Source: Cycas panzhihuaensis (lineage: Eukaryota > Plantae > Cycadophyta). From it: DNA of 64,000 bases. The stretch lies in assembly GCA_023213395.1 (NCBI GenBank), contig CM041465.1:120845741-120909740 (forward strand), written 5' to 3'. Of this stretch, positions 25,021-38,699 are shown piece after piece (within the stretch, counting starts at the first letter, position 1; every line of letters starts with the position of its first letter). The position numbers and the translations under genes were made by a program. The notes beneath the pieces are model-generated. The model did no database searches and was not told where the DNA came from. It saw nothing but the letters and a program-made list of their open reading frames with translations.

Positions 25021-28000
25021 TAAATACTGCTTGTAGCTGTGCTCCTGCACATATCTAAAGAAATATTGGATAAATAGACAAGAAATACTTGAAAAATATC
25101 AAATATTTGATAAAAATATAAAACTTGTTGATAAAAAACTCTTGTAGAGTGATAAAAGCTTGATATTTATTGTTTGCTACTATACACCTGCATAAATCTG
25201 GAAAGAATATGAAATATATTTATTATTTTTCAAGAATAAGTAAATCTGATAAAAATATGAGAAACTTATTAATAAACTTTGTAGAAAATTAATATAACTG
25301 ATATTTCTTACTAGCTTGAGAAAATCTGCTTCAAATGGCAATAAATCTTGTTGCTCTTCACAAAAACTTTAATAGGAGATGTAATAGCCAAGCAATCTCT
25401 GCTCTGATACTAGATGAAGGAAAAAGAATACAAAACTAAATGCTCTGATACCAGATAAAGGAAATAGAATGTAGGCCCAAATGCTATGATACCAAATGTA
25501 AGCAAAAATAATCATGGAGAATAGGGCAAAATATAAAAGAGAATCATAAATCAATACATCATTATTGCATAGTAGCATAAACACATAAAACTTGTACATT
25601 CAATCCATGTTTGTGAAGAGAGTATTACAAATGTCCAAAATGAAGGTGGTGTCTAAAGACACTAGGGTTGTACACCCCTCAAAATATATAGTTTAAGGGA
25701 GGAGGGAAACTCCTCAATCCTAAAATTTAAATAATAATAAAATAATATAAACTTAGCTCAAATTAATTAAACTTACCTTATACTTACCTACACATGTGAG
25801 CACTCACATGTATAAATTGATGAATGTGAGGTGTGCATTCCTGGTTGGAAGGTGGAAGAGGGGTGATGAGCATTAACCCCAACAGTGATCTTATTATTTA
25901 TATGTATACTCACCACTTAAGAACTTAATAAATGAGAGAGGAGAAATATGTAAACCTTATGATTATAAGTAAAGTCCTAACTCCATCTTCTCCTATGGTT
26001 TTTCCCATAATGGATTTTCCATGTATAAATCTTGGTGTCTATCTTATGGTACTTACTTTACATGTTTAATGTTTGATAGTTATGTTGATTAATTCAGTAT
26101 GTGTACACTAATGAGTCTAATATTATTGCATCTTTTATATTTTAACATGGTATTAGATCAACTTTGTTACCTTATTTTAACAAAATAGGAAAATGGAAAA
26201 GGAGGATAAGGATTATGAAAATGATATTAAGGAAGTTGAGGTGGAAAATTCTAAGAATAAGGGATTAAAGTATTAAGGTAGTAAGGTAAGTTTAATTGCA
26301 AACCACTTTATGAGTTATTGGAGTATAAATGATATGGAATAGTTGTAAGGAGGTAATGATAGGTATGAACTAGATAATAGTATAAATATATACTTCCATT
26401 ATGATATATAAAAGAGGGAGTAAGGAAAATATAGTAAGTGAAGGATTGAGGGTAAAAAAAAGGTTTTATATGGGTACATATCAAAGAGATTAGAGGGTAT
26501 TAATGAGTTATATTATGGGGGAAATTAAGAGGAAGTATATATAGGGATTTGATTAGGAAATGTGATAGATTATACTTAGGTTATTTAAGAGGTGGTTAAG
26601 AGGAATTTGTGTATAATGAAGAAGAAAGTTAAGTAAATTTAGATTTGTATGCAAACTTAGGATTTGAGAAGGTTTAAGGGAATAAGGGCTAGGTATTCCT
26701 TATGGAAAAAGGATTTTGATAATGGCATGTGAAGTTAATTTGAAGAGTGATATAAAGGACTAAAGGGAAAATTTATAGGGTAGTGAGAAGGTTGGTGGTA
26801 TCAAGAGTGCGAGTGTAGAGGAAGAAAAGACAATGCTTTATAGAGAGGGTGTATCATAATAGCACTATGGATTGATACTTAGCGAGAGAGGGTCAAAAGA
26901 TAAAAAATATAGGGATGGTGGTAAAGAGACTTACTAAAGAATGAGACATGAAGGGCTATCTCAAGTAGAATAGGAATTTAACCTGTTAGGAGTAGGGGAT
27001 CTAGGGTTTTAAGTTCTAATTCATTTATAAGATTTTATAATATAAGGGAGAAGGGAATTTTCAAGGTTATAAAACTTGGAAAATCAAGATGAATAAAATA
27101 AAATAAAACAAAAGAAATAGGTAATTGCTGGATAGGATTAGAATTTAAATTAAGTAGCTTTTTAGAGCCCTCATGCATCTTAGATTCTTCCTCTAGTTGT
27201 CCATTGGTGGTGGTTTTCTCATTTGACTTGTGTATGTTATCTATCAATTCATCATATTACGTATCAATAAGCTTCTTGTTGGATAGTTTTACATACATCT
27301 CCTAAAGAGTAGTAAGTTTAACTAAGAGTCTCTAAATTCCTTTTTAATACTACTTTTTATTATCTTCCATTTGACATATATCTCTAAAGATTGGAAAATC
27401 TTTATCTATGTAGTCTCTCCAATATTCATTTGACCACCTTACAATTCCTTTGTTAAATATTATGAGGAACACTTTTGAAAAAAATCTCCAATCAAGTTAG
27501 TAATCTAAAAACCTTCTAATAACCCACTCTTAGGCTTTTCCACCCATATATTCTAAAATATATAAAAAATAATAATCTTCTTTCTATATGAGTCTGAATA
27601 TTAAAACACTTTTAAACTTTATCCAACTACTCTATAGGTTGTACTCCTCTATCTTCAGTAAAAATAGAAATATTTAGCTTTATTTTTAAATATTAACTTC
27701 AAATAATAATTACTATATTAAGTTCATAAAATCATAGATCAAAATAATGGCCTCTAAATTAGAATTCCAACTCTTTAAATGAAAATGAATTCCAACCTAT
27801 ATTAGAAGTTATGGCCCTTTTAAAGTAGGTCACATCTAGGGTATTTTTAGGACTATAACAACACCTATTACTAAAATGATGATAACTTTTTGCTCTAATA
27901 TATAATGGATCTAAAACCTTTGTAAACATAAAGTAGATATTGAAATGCATGGATTCAAAAAATAATTGAGGTCAATTAGATGCTTATAGTCAAAGTTATA

Positions 28001-28904
28001 GACATTTAAAATTACAATAGTAGATTTTAGGCCCTAGTATAATGACAGACAATATACTAAAATTAAATTCCCTATAATTTTCATAATTTCACATAAAAAC
28101 TCTATATTATAACTATTTAGAATTTGTTGAATAGGAATAGTTGACTTAAATTTAAAATTTTATTTCTAAAATTCTTCTATTTATACTCCTAAAAATGCAA
28201 ATCCTTAATAGGTGAAAAATAAAGCTCTAATACCACTTAAAATGATCCTAAATTAGATCGACTTCCTTAACAAGAAAAAAAAGTTGAATAAGCAAAATTA
28301 CCTTAGGAACCAACTGCCAAATAAATTTAAGATCAACAAAAAATAAAGCTTACGTAATGAATTAGGACTTTTCCCTACTTTTAGGTACCAATATAGCTCT
28401 CTATTAAAAAATTGACTTGAATAATAATATTAATAATAAAACACTAACATCCTAATAGAAAAAATTAACTTCATATTTGATTTAAAAATACTAACTCCCT
28501 AATAATAATAATAATAATGAATTTTAATAAAATGCCAACTCCTCCTTAATATATTAGAATTTTTACAAATCGGGCTGCAAAGCTAAGCCAAATAAACAGA
28601 TGAGGGTACATGACTATAATGGTAGTGAAGAGGCATCTTGCATAGGGAAAATACAATGATAAAATATAAGGTAGGAATGTATTTAAAGAGAAGTAATAAC
28701 CATTAATATAAGATGGCCAAAAATAGTAGGCAATGAAGATATGGATGGCCACATATTGGTTGAGCATAACACTATCATATTAGGAGATAGATGAAGATAA
28801 AGAAAAATGATTGTGTAGGTATTATGATTACTACACTTACTTGATAACCTACTTCTTAGGTTTACTATATACTCTTAATGCTCTATCATAATTATCGTAA
28901 AAAT

Positions 28905-29899
28905 GCTTTAATACCACTTGATAATAAACAAACACTAGAAAGACCATAAAAGTGCACATGCAAGAGTTTTAGACTAAAAGTTTGAATTGATTGATTCATA
29001 AAAAGATGATGATTATCTTTATAGATATGTATTTATATTGGTTCATAGGCTTCCCACCAAAGAACACAACCTTTTCCTTCCTTGAAATCTAATTCAAAAT
29101 CCCAATTCACTTAATTATCATTAATATTAATTTGGGTCCATAAAACTCTCACTTCATAAACATGTGCCTCATCACTTTTCTCATTTTTCCTAATGGAAGC
29201 ACCTTCCATAATTATAAATCTTAGGTGTATGAAGGATTATCAAATGCCAACATGTGCCTTTTCCATTACATAAGTAATATCCACCTCACATCACTTGACA
29301 TTTGGTTATACTCATGAATTATAATCTCACGTGTAGAAATAAAAAAGTGACACCCATTTATGTGATTAATAACTTTTTTACAAAGAGTCACTTTTGACTT
29401 ACCACAATCTAGATTATGTCTCATATCACTCCAAACAAGTGAAAAGTCCAATTGTGAAGTTTATAAGCTATTAACATGTATGTGCTAATCCAATGACTTT
29501 AATTCTCATCACACCTCACTCCCTCGCAAACACATATTTTGTGGTAATTAACCTCTCTGACCCTCTCTCATACGAGGTAACACTTATCAAAAGTTAGCTT
29601 GTGAAATTTGGCCATGTGTCCCACATCATACTTCACAAAAATTTTGCTTCATGAATGTTTCCCCCATTAATGTCAATCATCATGGACTCACTTAAACGTC
29701 CACTCAGGATGAAGCACCAACTTACAACGCTCACCTTACAAAATCTTCTCTTGTCTAAACTCCACCTTTAGAGAAGTGCTAACCTGTGAAATCCATTTAA
29801 ATTGACACCTTCTCAAGAACTAACCTATAATCAAAATCCTTAAGACTCTTACATAAAAAGGGAAAAAAATGTAAATACTTATAGTGATGCTCTACATCA
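28905..29899 (-). mobile_element. 5' LTR (about 980 bp) and PBS of outer Gypsy element G
   Basis: Minus strand starts TGATGTAGAGC at 29899 and ends ...TATCA at 28919, followed by PBS GCTTTAATACCA at 28905-28916. Linkage to the gag-PR at 13.6-14.6 kb is inferred. Confidence 0.6.
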
Positions 29900-30288
29900 A
29901 AACTAGATTCTAGCTCATAGTTTACTATTTTTAATTCAATGTTTTTCTTTTTTCTCTCTTGTATTATAAATTTATATTTCCTAGGGTGGAGGTTTTGACT
30001 TCTATTTTTAATTAGGTATGTAATCTCAGCATATGTGTTATTCGGGAACTAATAAGGCTATAGGTACTTTCTAAATCTATGAGAGATATTACCTTCTTAT
30101 CTTATATGTCACGTGCCACCTTTGATGTATCTAGGCTTTGTGTTTCATTTGATGTTATTTAGGTTTCCTTTGGATGCAGTGTATCAACCTTCTTTATTGT
30201 TGCTGCTACTTTTATTATGTGTTCTTTTATCAAGCCTAAGCAGCCTTTTATCTTTGCTAAGTGCACTATGCTTTATGTCTTTAGTCAT

Positions 30289-32050
30289 TGGTATAGAGGA
30301 ATGTGTTTGATGATTTCTTGTTCTACTCATTAGACTTTAGTATTATCATATATTTCATTAATTTCAATTGATTTTGAATGTTAGTTATTATGGGTTCTTG
30401 TCATGGGTGCATGTATAGGTTTATCTCATATATTAGCCTAGTTTGCTTAATTTTTACTTTGTCATTAAATATTTCTTATTTCTTTTAATTGTGTTGGTCA
30501 TGGTTTGCTTCCATTTCTTCTTCTAGATTAGTGAAATCTTGAAGCTTACTAGAAGTACTATCATGTGGTTCTATGTCTTATGGGGATGTATAATTTTGCA
30601 TGCAATACTTGAGTGCTTAGGTTAAAAAGGTTTTAATAACATGGGAGTAGATCATGCCTTGTTAAAAAATGATCCTAAACCACTTGAATCCATATTGATA
30701 CATGCTTTTCTCATACTTTATCTTAAGAAAAGCATTTTTTGTTGAATTCATATAAGAAATTGCATAGTGTAATCTTGTTGTCTAGCATTTTGACCTATTA
30801 TGTTAGTTATAAATGGTTGTCAAAAGTGTACAAAGAGATTTCCTCTATGGGACACTACCTCTTAATGTATGAGCATTATTAATAAGTTTCTTGTAGGCTT
30901 TAGGCATAGGGTGATGAGGCAAGGGAATGGTATTTATGAGATTTAAGCCAAGGGGGGTCAAATAAAGCTCTCATTAGACAAAGAGATTCAGGAGAATAAA
31001 TTTGTACTTATGAAGTTAATAATCTAAGAAATGAATAAATTGCGATGACTAAAAATACAAGAGGATAATAGAAAAGATTTCCTTGCCACTATTGCAATGC
31101 TATGAGGCCTTGTCCCTAGTAAGGAAATCTCCAAATAGATAACCCAAAGGTAAACAATACAACACAATGGCAATCTTTCCCAACTAGTACTTAGTACATA
31201 TGTACTTATTATATTAATGCCAACTTAATACTAATTATTCTTATGATAAGGAACATAATAAGGAGTTTATTAGTAATTCTTATAGAAGAATTTAAATATT
31301 AACAACTAAAATAACAAGTAGAAGTTTATTATCATAATTCTAGGTTTGATTAGATCACCATCCAATGAAAACCCATGAACAAGGCTAACATGTGGCTCTA
31401 CTCTAAGTTGCAAATGTAACTTATAGAATAAATTACAAATATTGGGATAGAATAAGTCAATTATCTATCCAAACATATGCCTAAGAAAATATATAGCAAA
31501 AACATTAACAATAATTGATACACATGATAAGGAGTTATAGTTCGAGTGATGAAACATCAAAGATATTATTTGCTTAAGCCACTATAGTCTTTACATATCT
31601 AAACAAAGTTAGAGTAGAATTGATATTGACAATGGTTTTACTATTTGCTATAGTTCCTTTAGGCAATCATGTACAAAATGGGAGGTATGAATATTATAGC
31701 AAATTATCTTAATAGTCCCTTTATGTTGTTTTCACTATTAATGTTGAGCATTTAAGGTTTTGGAAGTTGAATAGATTTTTTTAATGTCTAAAAATAATAG
31801 TAATAAAAAGGTAGAAGCAAGACATATGAGGGAAAACAAAATTAGATAGATGGTATAATGAATGCATAGTAGTAAACATTAATAATAAAGATTAGTAGCA
31901 TGAAGATAGTTGTGGTTATGATTGTGGTAGAAATAATGGAGGTGGATAATAGGAAGGAAGATCTACCCAAACTAGGTATCATAATGTGGTAAACCTAAAT
32001 TATCCAATGAATAATTAATATATAAAATTATATACTATTATTAATTAAAA
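30289..32050 (+). mobile_element. Very degraded Copia-like remnant (PBS-like site and possible gag zinc knuckle)
   Basis: TGGTATAGAG at 30289 after ...GTCAT; TGTGGTAAACCT (CGKP) at about 31985. Confidence 0.3.
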
Positions 32051-33156
32051 TTAAAATATTATTTGAGTTACTAAGCAAAACAAGTTGATTGTTAACAAAA
32101 GATGTCTTTAATAAGTATACTAAATAATATATATACTTGGATATATACTATGCAGTCAAGGTATCTTCACTGAAATTATGGGTTTAACATCATGTGAGGT
32201 TGATGATCTAGAGGAGTCTTATTATTTAAATTGAGTTATTCCACTTAAGAGCAAAGGAAAGAAGTGGAAGAGGTTCACACCTCTATAAGTCTATTAAACG
32301 TTGGCAACAATTGCATATTTGAATTTGATTAGATGGACCATTTAGGAAGGAGGGAGCATGATAATCCCCATGTACCCTAGAACCTTAATATGATGTAAAA
32401 CTTACATAGCATATCTCCATGTAATTATTTAGTATTATGCTAAGAGACTTAGCAGTTCTAAGTAGTTTCAAAGTCTAAGTAATGCAAATTAGAAGGGCAA
32501 TGGCTTTCTATTTTGTTAATTATTATGATAAAATAATTAGTAGTATTTTGGCTTTAAAACTAGCCCATATGTAGTGTATTTATCTAGTCAATTAGTACCC
32601 AATAAAAAATTAAAAAATAAGGTGAAGTGGTTGAACTCAATGTGGATGTACTATAATTTTTACAAAAATTAGGATAACTAATTATGATGGTACCAAGTTT
32701 GTGATCCTTCCTAACAAGTTTCCTTGATGTATAGTGAAGGAATGGTTTAAAGAAAGGCATTAAATGAGGGAATGGGGCATTAGAAGCATAAAGGAATATG
32801 GGGAAAAATGGGAGAATATATGGATAATTGAATGAGAAGTGTGGTGAAAGAGGATTTCATGAAAAAGATGATTGTCACTAGCAAAAGGAGGTCTCAACAA
32901 ATGGATCTAAAGAGACAAATAATGATAGTTGAAATAAGGGAGGTTGCAAAGATGATCATCTTCTTTGAATGTGATTGCAGAGGTTTATAATCTCCAACAA
33001 AATGACAAAAATGATATGATGACACATGATGTCCTTATGGTTATTATAATAAATGCATAGAAAAAAGGGCTATCGCGATAATAATTACTATATACAAAAC
33101 TAGGTTACATGTAAACTTAGGTTGTAGTGACTCTGTATTTTGCTTAAATTTTCTAG

Positions 33157-33787
33157 GAAACAATAGGAAATATAGATCCACCTATTTCCAAGTACAAAAT
33201 TCATGAAATGAAATTCCTTAGCAAGCTAATTATTAACTTATTAAGCTAGCCTTCTTTTGTGTTGAAGATTTAAGTAAATTTTGATCATCAATAAGAGGTA
33301 AGGGTTCAAAAGAAAGAAAAAAATGTCATCACTAGAATTCCTTTGTCTTTAACTAGAATGCAGCTTCCAAAATCTCTTATAACAAGAAGATATTCTATAG
33401 AGCTAGAATAATTTTATTTCCAATGAAATGCCATTCCTTATATGGGCAACAGTAATGAAGAACATAGAGTTATTCAATGCCTCAATTGTAGAAATCTTGT
33501 AATGGGTTAATTAGTCTAGATGTTAGATTGGAACATTTGATTACTAGAATTTAGTATTCAGTACTAGCATCTTGACAATTTTACTTTATATTTCCTTCTT
33601 TGATGCACTTGTACCATCTTATATTTGTAAATTAAAATCACTTTCTTTTCTTGATCCAATATCTATAGGTATTGGAAGTGGATCATATGAGATAATTTCA
33701 CAATGGATTTGTTACACTTAGAATTTTTAAAGTGGGAAAAGGAAAAGAGAAAAATAAATTTTGGTTTACTATTTATCTAATGCTTTG
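33157..33787 (+). pseudogene. Possible protein-kinase pseudo-exons
   Basis: AG|GAAACA at 33157 reads ETIGNIDPPI...LIKLAFFCVEDLSKF*SSIR, then GTAAG. A second AG/GT-bounded block at about 33669-33787 contains IGSGSY. Both are frameshifted. Confidence 0.3.
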
Positions 33788-34088
33788 GTAAGACATTTTC
33801 TGCACAATTTATACAAAAGTTTATCTTAAATTTATATGCCTTGGTGTAAGGATTAAAGTGCCTTGAAGTTTAAATTTTGCAAAGAAGAGCTTGTAATATG
33901 CATTTATGATGATTATACTTACCATTATCTCATTTTAAGTGGTGGTGGTGCTATAGAAGTTTGTATATTTTATTTTAAACTCTAAAACATCAGTTATCTA
34001 AGTATTATCTAGTTCTTATCATTAAGGGTATGGATATGCAAAATATATATATGTTCTCTTCCATCCACCCACAAAGCCACAAGCATAG

Positions 34089-34092
<4 letters not shown>

Positions 34093-34125
<33 letters not shown>
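34093..34125. repeat. (CA)n microsatellite
   Basis: ACACAC tract seen directly. Confidence 0.95.
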
Positions 34126-34129
<4 letters not shown>

Positions 34130-37100
34130 TTTATGGCTTTTACTCTTTAGGTCATATTGATGTTGCAAAATATAAATTAGGTGTTATTGTAATTTTAAAT
34201 TATAAAACATCTATTGTCAATATATGGTTGAATGACCTAATGAGTAAAAGGAAACTCTATTACAACCCATAAATTAAGATGTGATAAGCATATGCTATTA
34301 AATATTAAAATTGTATAAATTTATAATTTTAATGTGTTTAATACTAAACCAACTATTTTACAAGCATTGATAACATGCCATCAAATCTTCCCTACTATGA
34401 AATAAATTTTAGTGATAAATCAATTGAACATATCTTTATATTAGTGTAACCTTATTTGTAGAAGTTGATAAGAAAATAGTTTCCTCAAAGAAAAGATAAA
34501 AAATAAAACACAATGAAGTAAATAATTGATCATAAATTTTATTAGGAAACAAGAAGGAAAATAACCACCAATGATAGACAAATAATATCATTACAAGAAG
34601 GAAACCAACCACATAGCTAGAATGAGGGTATTTTTGTTGCATCCACCTTATCTCCAATTTGTAGTTAGAGGTGGGCTTATTCTACTAACCAAGTTGCCCT
34701 AATAATAATCTTTGTTATTGTTACATCCATGTAGTAGTAATAGTTTTCTTTGGCTAGAATAGTCACGAGCTCACTTATAGAGCCAATATCATATAAACCA
34801 TTCTTATAGTTGCCTTTTACTCTTCATTTTGCCTTGTATAATACACATGAAAATAACATGAAGGATTGTAGAAAGTCATAAGACACCTAATGAAGAGGAG
34901 GCAAGTCATCGTATACTTACGAATATTATTTTTACAATTGATGATAGCCTTTATAGGACATTGTATCTCTTTCAATACACATTATTCCTTTTGAACTTAT
35001 AAGAAGAGTGTGTTCTCTCTTTTAGGGCTATAATAAAAACACATGACCTTGCCTGGTGCTTTATTTTATTCTTCTTAGGGGAGGATTATCATCCTCACTA
35101 ATCCTTAGGCAACTAATTTGTTCATCAATCAACTCGTTCATTATATTAAATATTTGATAATTTGTTTCCTTAATAAATTTTAGGTATGATAGTATTTATA
35201 ACAATTATTGATTTATGCATTGTAATATTAATATATTTGGTAACCATAATCAATGAAATCTAGTTGTGCAAAGCTTTCTATGAGTAATTATTATGTAAGT
35301 TTGGTTGTATTCTTTTTAGAGGGGCAAAAGTATATTGTTATTAATAAAAGAAACATAGATTCACTTTAGGATAGATAATCAAAGTGAATAATCCAACCAA
35401 AGTCAGTTATGGTCACTAAGAATGTTGATTGATAAGTCAACAAGTGGACAAATAGTTTAATTTACAAGCAATAATCTATGTTTATTCATAATGGGGTTTT
35501 GTTTGTCTATAAGAGAGTTTGGTTAATAATAAACAAAACTCAATTCATCTATTATAAACTTATGGTAATGAGTAAACAATGCTTAACTAATCATTGGTTA
35601 TTATGTAATTAAATGACTAACAACTAATTGACTTTAGTTAAGATAAGATGAGTGGTAACTATTAATTATCATCTTTAGAAACAATGGGGAAATAGAGTAT
35701 ATATGCTTAGCTTTGTAGCATGAACCATGTGTCAATTTGGGTCAAAGTGCTAATATTCTTATTTGCCATTGATTAGAATTACCAAAAAATTGTAGCTAAT
35801 GATAATATATTAGTAACATATTATGGTTTGATCTATTTGTTATGCCATGTATATTGAAGTAATGAGCATAAACCAAGTGTAGTGAATTGAGAGTGGGTAT
35901 GAAGAGTGTGTATAATTGATATTGTCACTAAGTAGGGTTTTAATAACATGAAAACACTAGTATTTCCTAAGGAATCCATACCCTAATTTCTTCAGCTCTA
36001 TTGCCTTCCATGGATATGTAGAGTCTCCTAACAGAGCAAAAAATTTGTCCACAAAGCATAAATAATTAAAGAAGCATACATTTATTAGGAGGTAATGAAA
36101 GGTGAATTAGTAATAAAGGAAAACTAAGGTTAGGGACATGCAAGGATGAAAAAATCAATGGACCCAATTGTACTAGAAATAACTAAAATAATTTTAGAAA
36201 AAGTCCAATGAATAAGAAGGCACAAAGGAGATGAGGCTCAAAAGCTATAATGATGGGGTTGGGGGCTTGGGGGGTGTAGAAGAGGGGAGGAAGTAAATAC
36301 AACATAATAAGGAACATATACTAAATAGGCATTCTTGGCCGAGTAGTGAGTAAAGAAAAGAAAATCAAACAGTAATAAGAAGGAAATATGAAGGGACAAA
36401 AAAGGATAATTAAAAGAGAAAATTAGAATAGAATAATGGTTAATCACTAACAATGAGCATACCAATATTATAAGAAGACCACTTGGGTACTTGCGAGGAT
36501 ACAAATAGTTAAGTCCCATAAGTTCCAAGCAAAATTGAAGAGAAATTAGTAAATACTAATCACAATAGTATGAGGACTATAATAAACCTAATGATTTATA
36601 TAACCACAAGCAATGCATTCTCACACATAAAATGCAATGGAGTCGAGGGTCATGTAGACCATTTACCATTATTTCAAAACTAGATTAAATTAAAAGATTA
36701 AAAATTAAGATAAGATGTTTTGTAACATTATGAGGTGCTTAGTAGCCTCATTTACATATCCCCCCACTCCTTGGTTCTTCTCTACTCATTCTTTCTATTT
36801 GCAAGTTGCTTCATTCTTTAGAATAAGCATCACCTTTTTATTATTGAAATATATAGTAATAATGGTAATCGAAACAATATTGGAATAAGAAAAATGAAAT
36901 AATTCAATTAGTTAATTCCATAATAAATTGATCATAAGTCTTTACCTCTAAGTGGAAAGTGTAATTCATTTGAAGTGAACCCATAGATATTTGGCAGAAA
37001 ATAATAATAAATAAATCTAGTGATAATTTGATAGCATCCACATTAAATGAAATATTCAAGAAATGATAATGATAATGACACAATAATGAGAAATGAATGT

Positions 37101-38699
37101 TAGGATAACAAATAGTAGATATATGGTAATTACTAAGCATCAAAGTGTCAAATATTGGATTGTCAAGAAAAATAAAAGTCATGTTCATCTTTCAAAGGTT
37201 CCCACCTATATATGCACATTGATTTTAGAGTCAACTTCAATAATAATTAAAATATTTTTAAGAGATTATATTTATTAGGATTTACTTTGACCTAGTTCCA
37301 ATATATAAAATTTCTAATAAGAAGTTCAAAAGTGGTATAGAAATAATTCATAAACAAATTGCAAAATCTAAGAGAGTTCATAACTATTCACTAGGTATTG
37401 CATTAGGGATTATGATGGAAGAATTCAAATAGTAACAAATAAATTGACAAACAAATAATGACTACCACAATTCTAGGTATGATTAGATTAACACCTAATT
37501 AAAACTGATGAAAAAAGGCTAGTATATGACTCTTGATTTTGAGTTACAAATACAACGTATAAAACAAACTAGAAGTTTTGGGATAGGACAAAGTCCACAA
37601 GAATCAAAGTTGATAAACAATCTAATTTATGTCTAAAACAAAAGAAGAGAAGGCACTAATAATATACACATGCCCACATACACGTGTGTGTGTGTGTCTA
37701 TGTTGCAAGTAGTTTTATGCTATAGTCCAAGTGGTGAAATATTAAATGTATTGAATAGTTTAGAGCCTATATCTAGTTCTAATATCATGATTATCATGGT
37801 AATCATGCTTAGGTTTCACCTTTTCAATATCTCTTTGGAACGGTCACTCTTCTATTCCCTTTAATTTTGGATTCTTATCTCAACTAATTTCATAATTAAA
37901 GTTTCTTACTCACAATAATGTGGTATAATTCTCACATAACACCCCTTCTAAAATCTCTCATGTAGATGTCTTTGATCCTTCTACTAACAAAACACTTGCA
38001 AGAGACTTTATTGAGTTTAAATATATACCTTCTCCTCCTACTTCACCTTTCTAAAAAGATGAAGTTAACTCATGATTAACACCTCTTTTACCTTTGCTAA
38101 AACTTGAAGTTGAATTGCCCTTACAACCTGTTAATCAAATAATCCCTGAAGTTTCTCAAACCTTCATTTCTAAGCAACCTTGTATTCTATCATAATTATC
38201 TATTTTAGATTTTTAAGACTTTATCTTATACATTCCTATGGCATCAAATCCTATGGGTTCACTCAATCAAGGCTTGAATCCTCTGACACAAGGTGTTCAA
38301 CAAAGTTGTATATCACAACTAACTCATGTTTATCAACTCCCTCTATTATGATAACTATAATCAATTAAACTCAACCAATCCAAACTTAGCCATATGTTGG
38401 CCCATCTTCTATAACTCCATGCACTTCTCCTCTCTTGAATTTTTTATGCAAAGTAATCACCCAAGTGAGTCCAGTATTGGTGTCATATAATCATAATTTG
38501 CACAACAAAAAGCTTCTCCTTGAATTTCCTCCTTCTAGAAGCAACCCAATGGTATTAAGCATCTCATATCCTCCAACATGCCTACCAACCCTCACAAAAA
38601 ACTAGTGTAGGTTCTATACAAACTATATGAATATATCTCTCATAAATGGTATTTAAATGATCCCTCTTCCCCTTATTATTCCTCCTTTTCCATGGTTAG

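Larger units (their letters stand above)
19745..25884 (-). mobile_element. Element B: complete non-autonomous Copia-derived LTR element (gag fragment only, TR-GAG-like) with TSD
   Basis: LTRs at 25415-25884 (5') and 19745-20222 (3'). TSD GTGAT at 19740-19744 and 25885-25889. PBS at 25401-25412; PPT TTCTCCCCTTTAAT at 20223-20236. Confidence 0.93.
16191..26147 (+). mobile_element. Element A: LTR element without recognisable pol; second LTR split by B
   Basis: LTR1 at 16191-16605 is followed by TGGTATCAGA. LTR2 is 19590-19744 plus 25890-26147 and is colinear with LTR1 across the B insertion (ACTCATGAGGTGAT|CT...). No TSD found. Confidence 0.8.
15520..28567 (-). mobile_element. Element F: old, internally deleted Gypsy (chromovirus-like) containing elements A and B
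   Basis: Diverged LTR pair 15520-15859 and 28238-28567. PBS GCTCTAATACCA at 28224-28235; PPT TCCATCCCTCCTTT at 15861-15874. Gag remnants (YMGGKA*EW, LDKV*KCFNI) at about 27.5-27.65 kb. Degenerate TSD GATTG/AATCG. Confidence 0.65.

Noticed and set aside
25442-25453. tRNA-Met gene at TGGTATCAGAGC matches
   Set aside because: Only the 12-14 nt complement of the tRNA 3' end (PBS) is present; no cloverleaf.
24540-25500. Repeat-spacer-like arrays (AGATCT units; 41-bp PBS units) as a CRISPR array
   Set aside because: Repeats are too short or degenerate, spacers resemble each other, there are no cas genes, and the context is a plant retroelement.
27035-38368. Many 60-100 aa hydrophobic ORFs in the track
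   Set aside because: Low-complexity products of AT-rich decayed DNA with no recognisable motifs.
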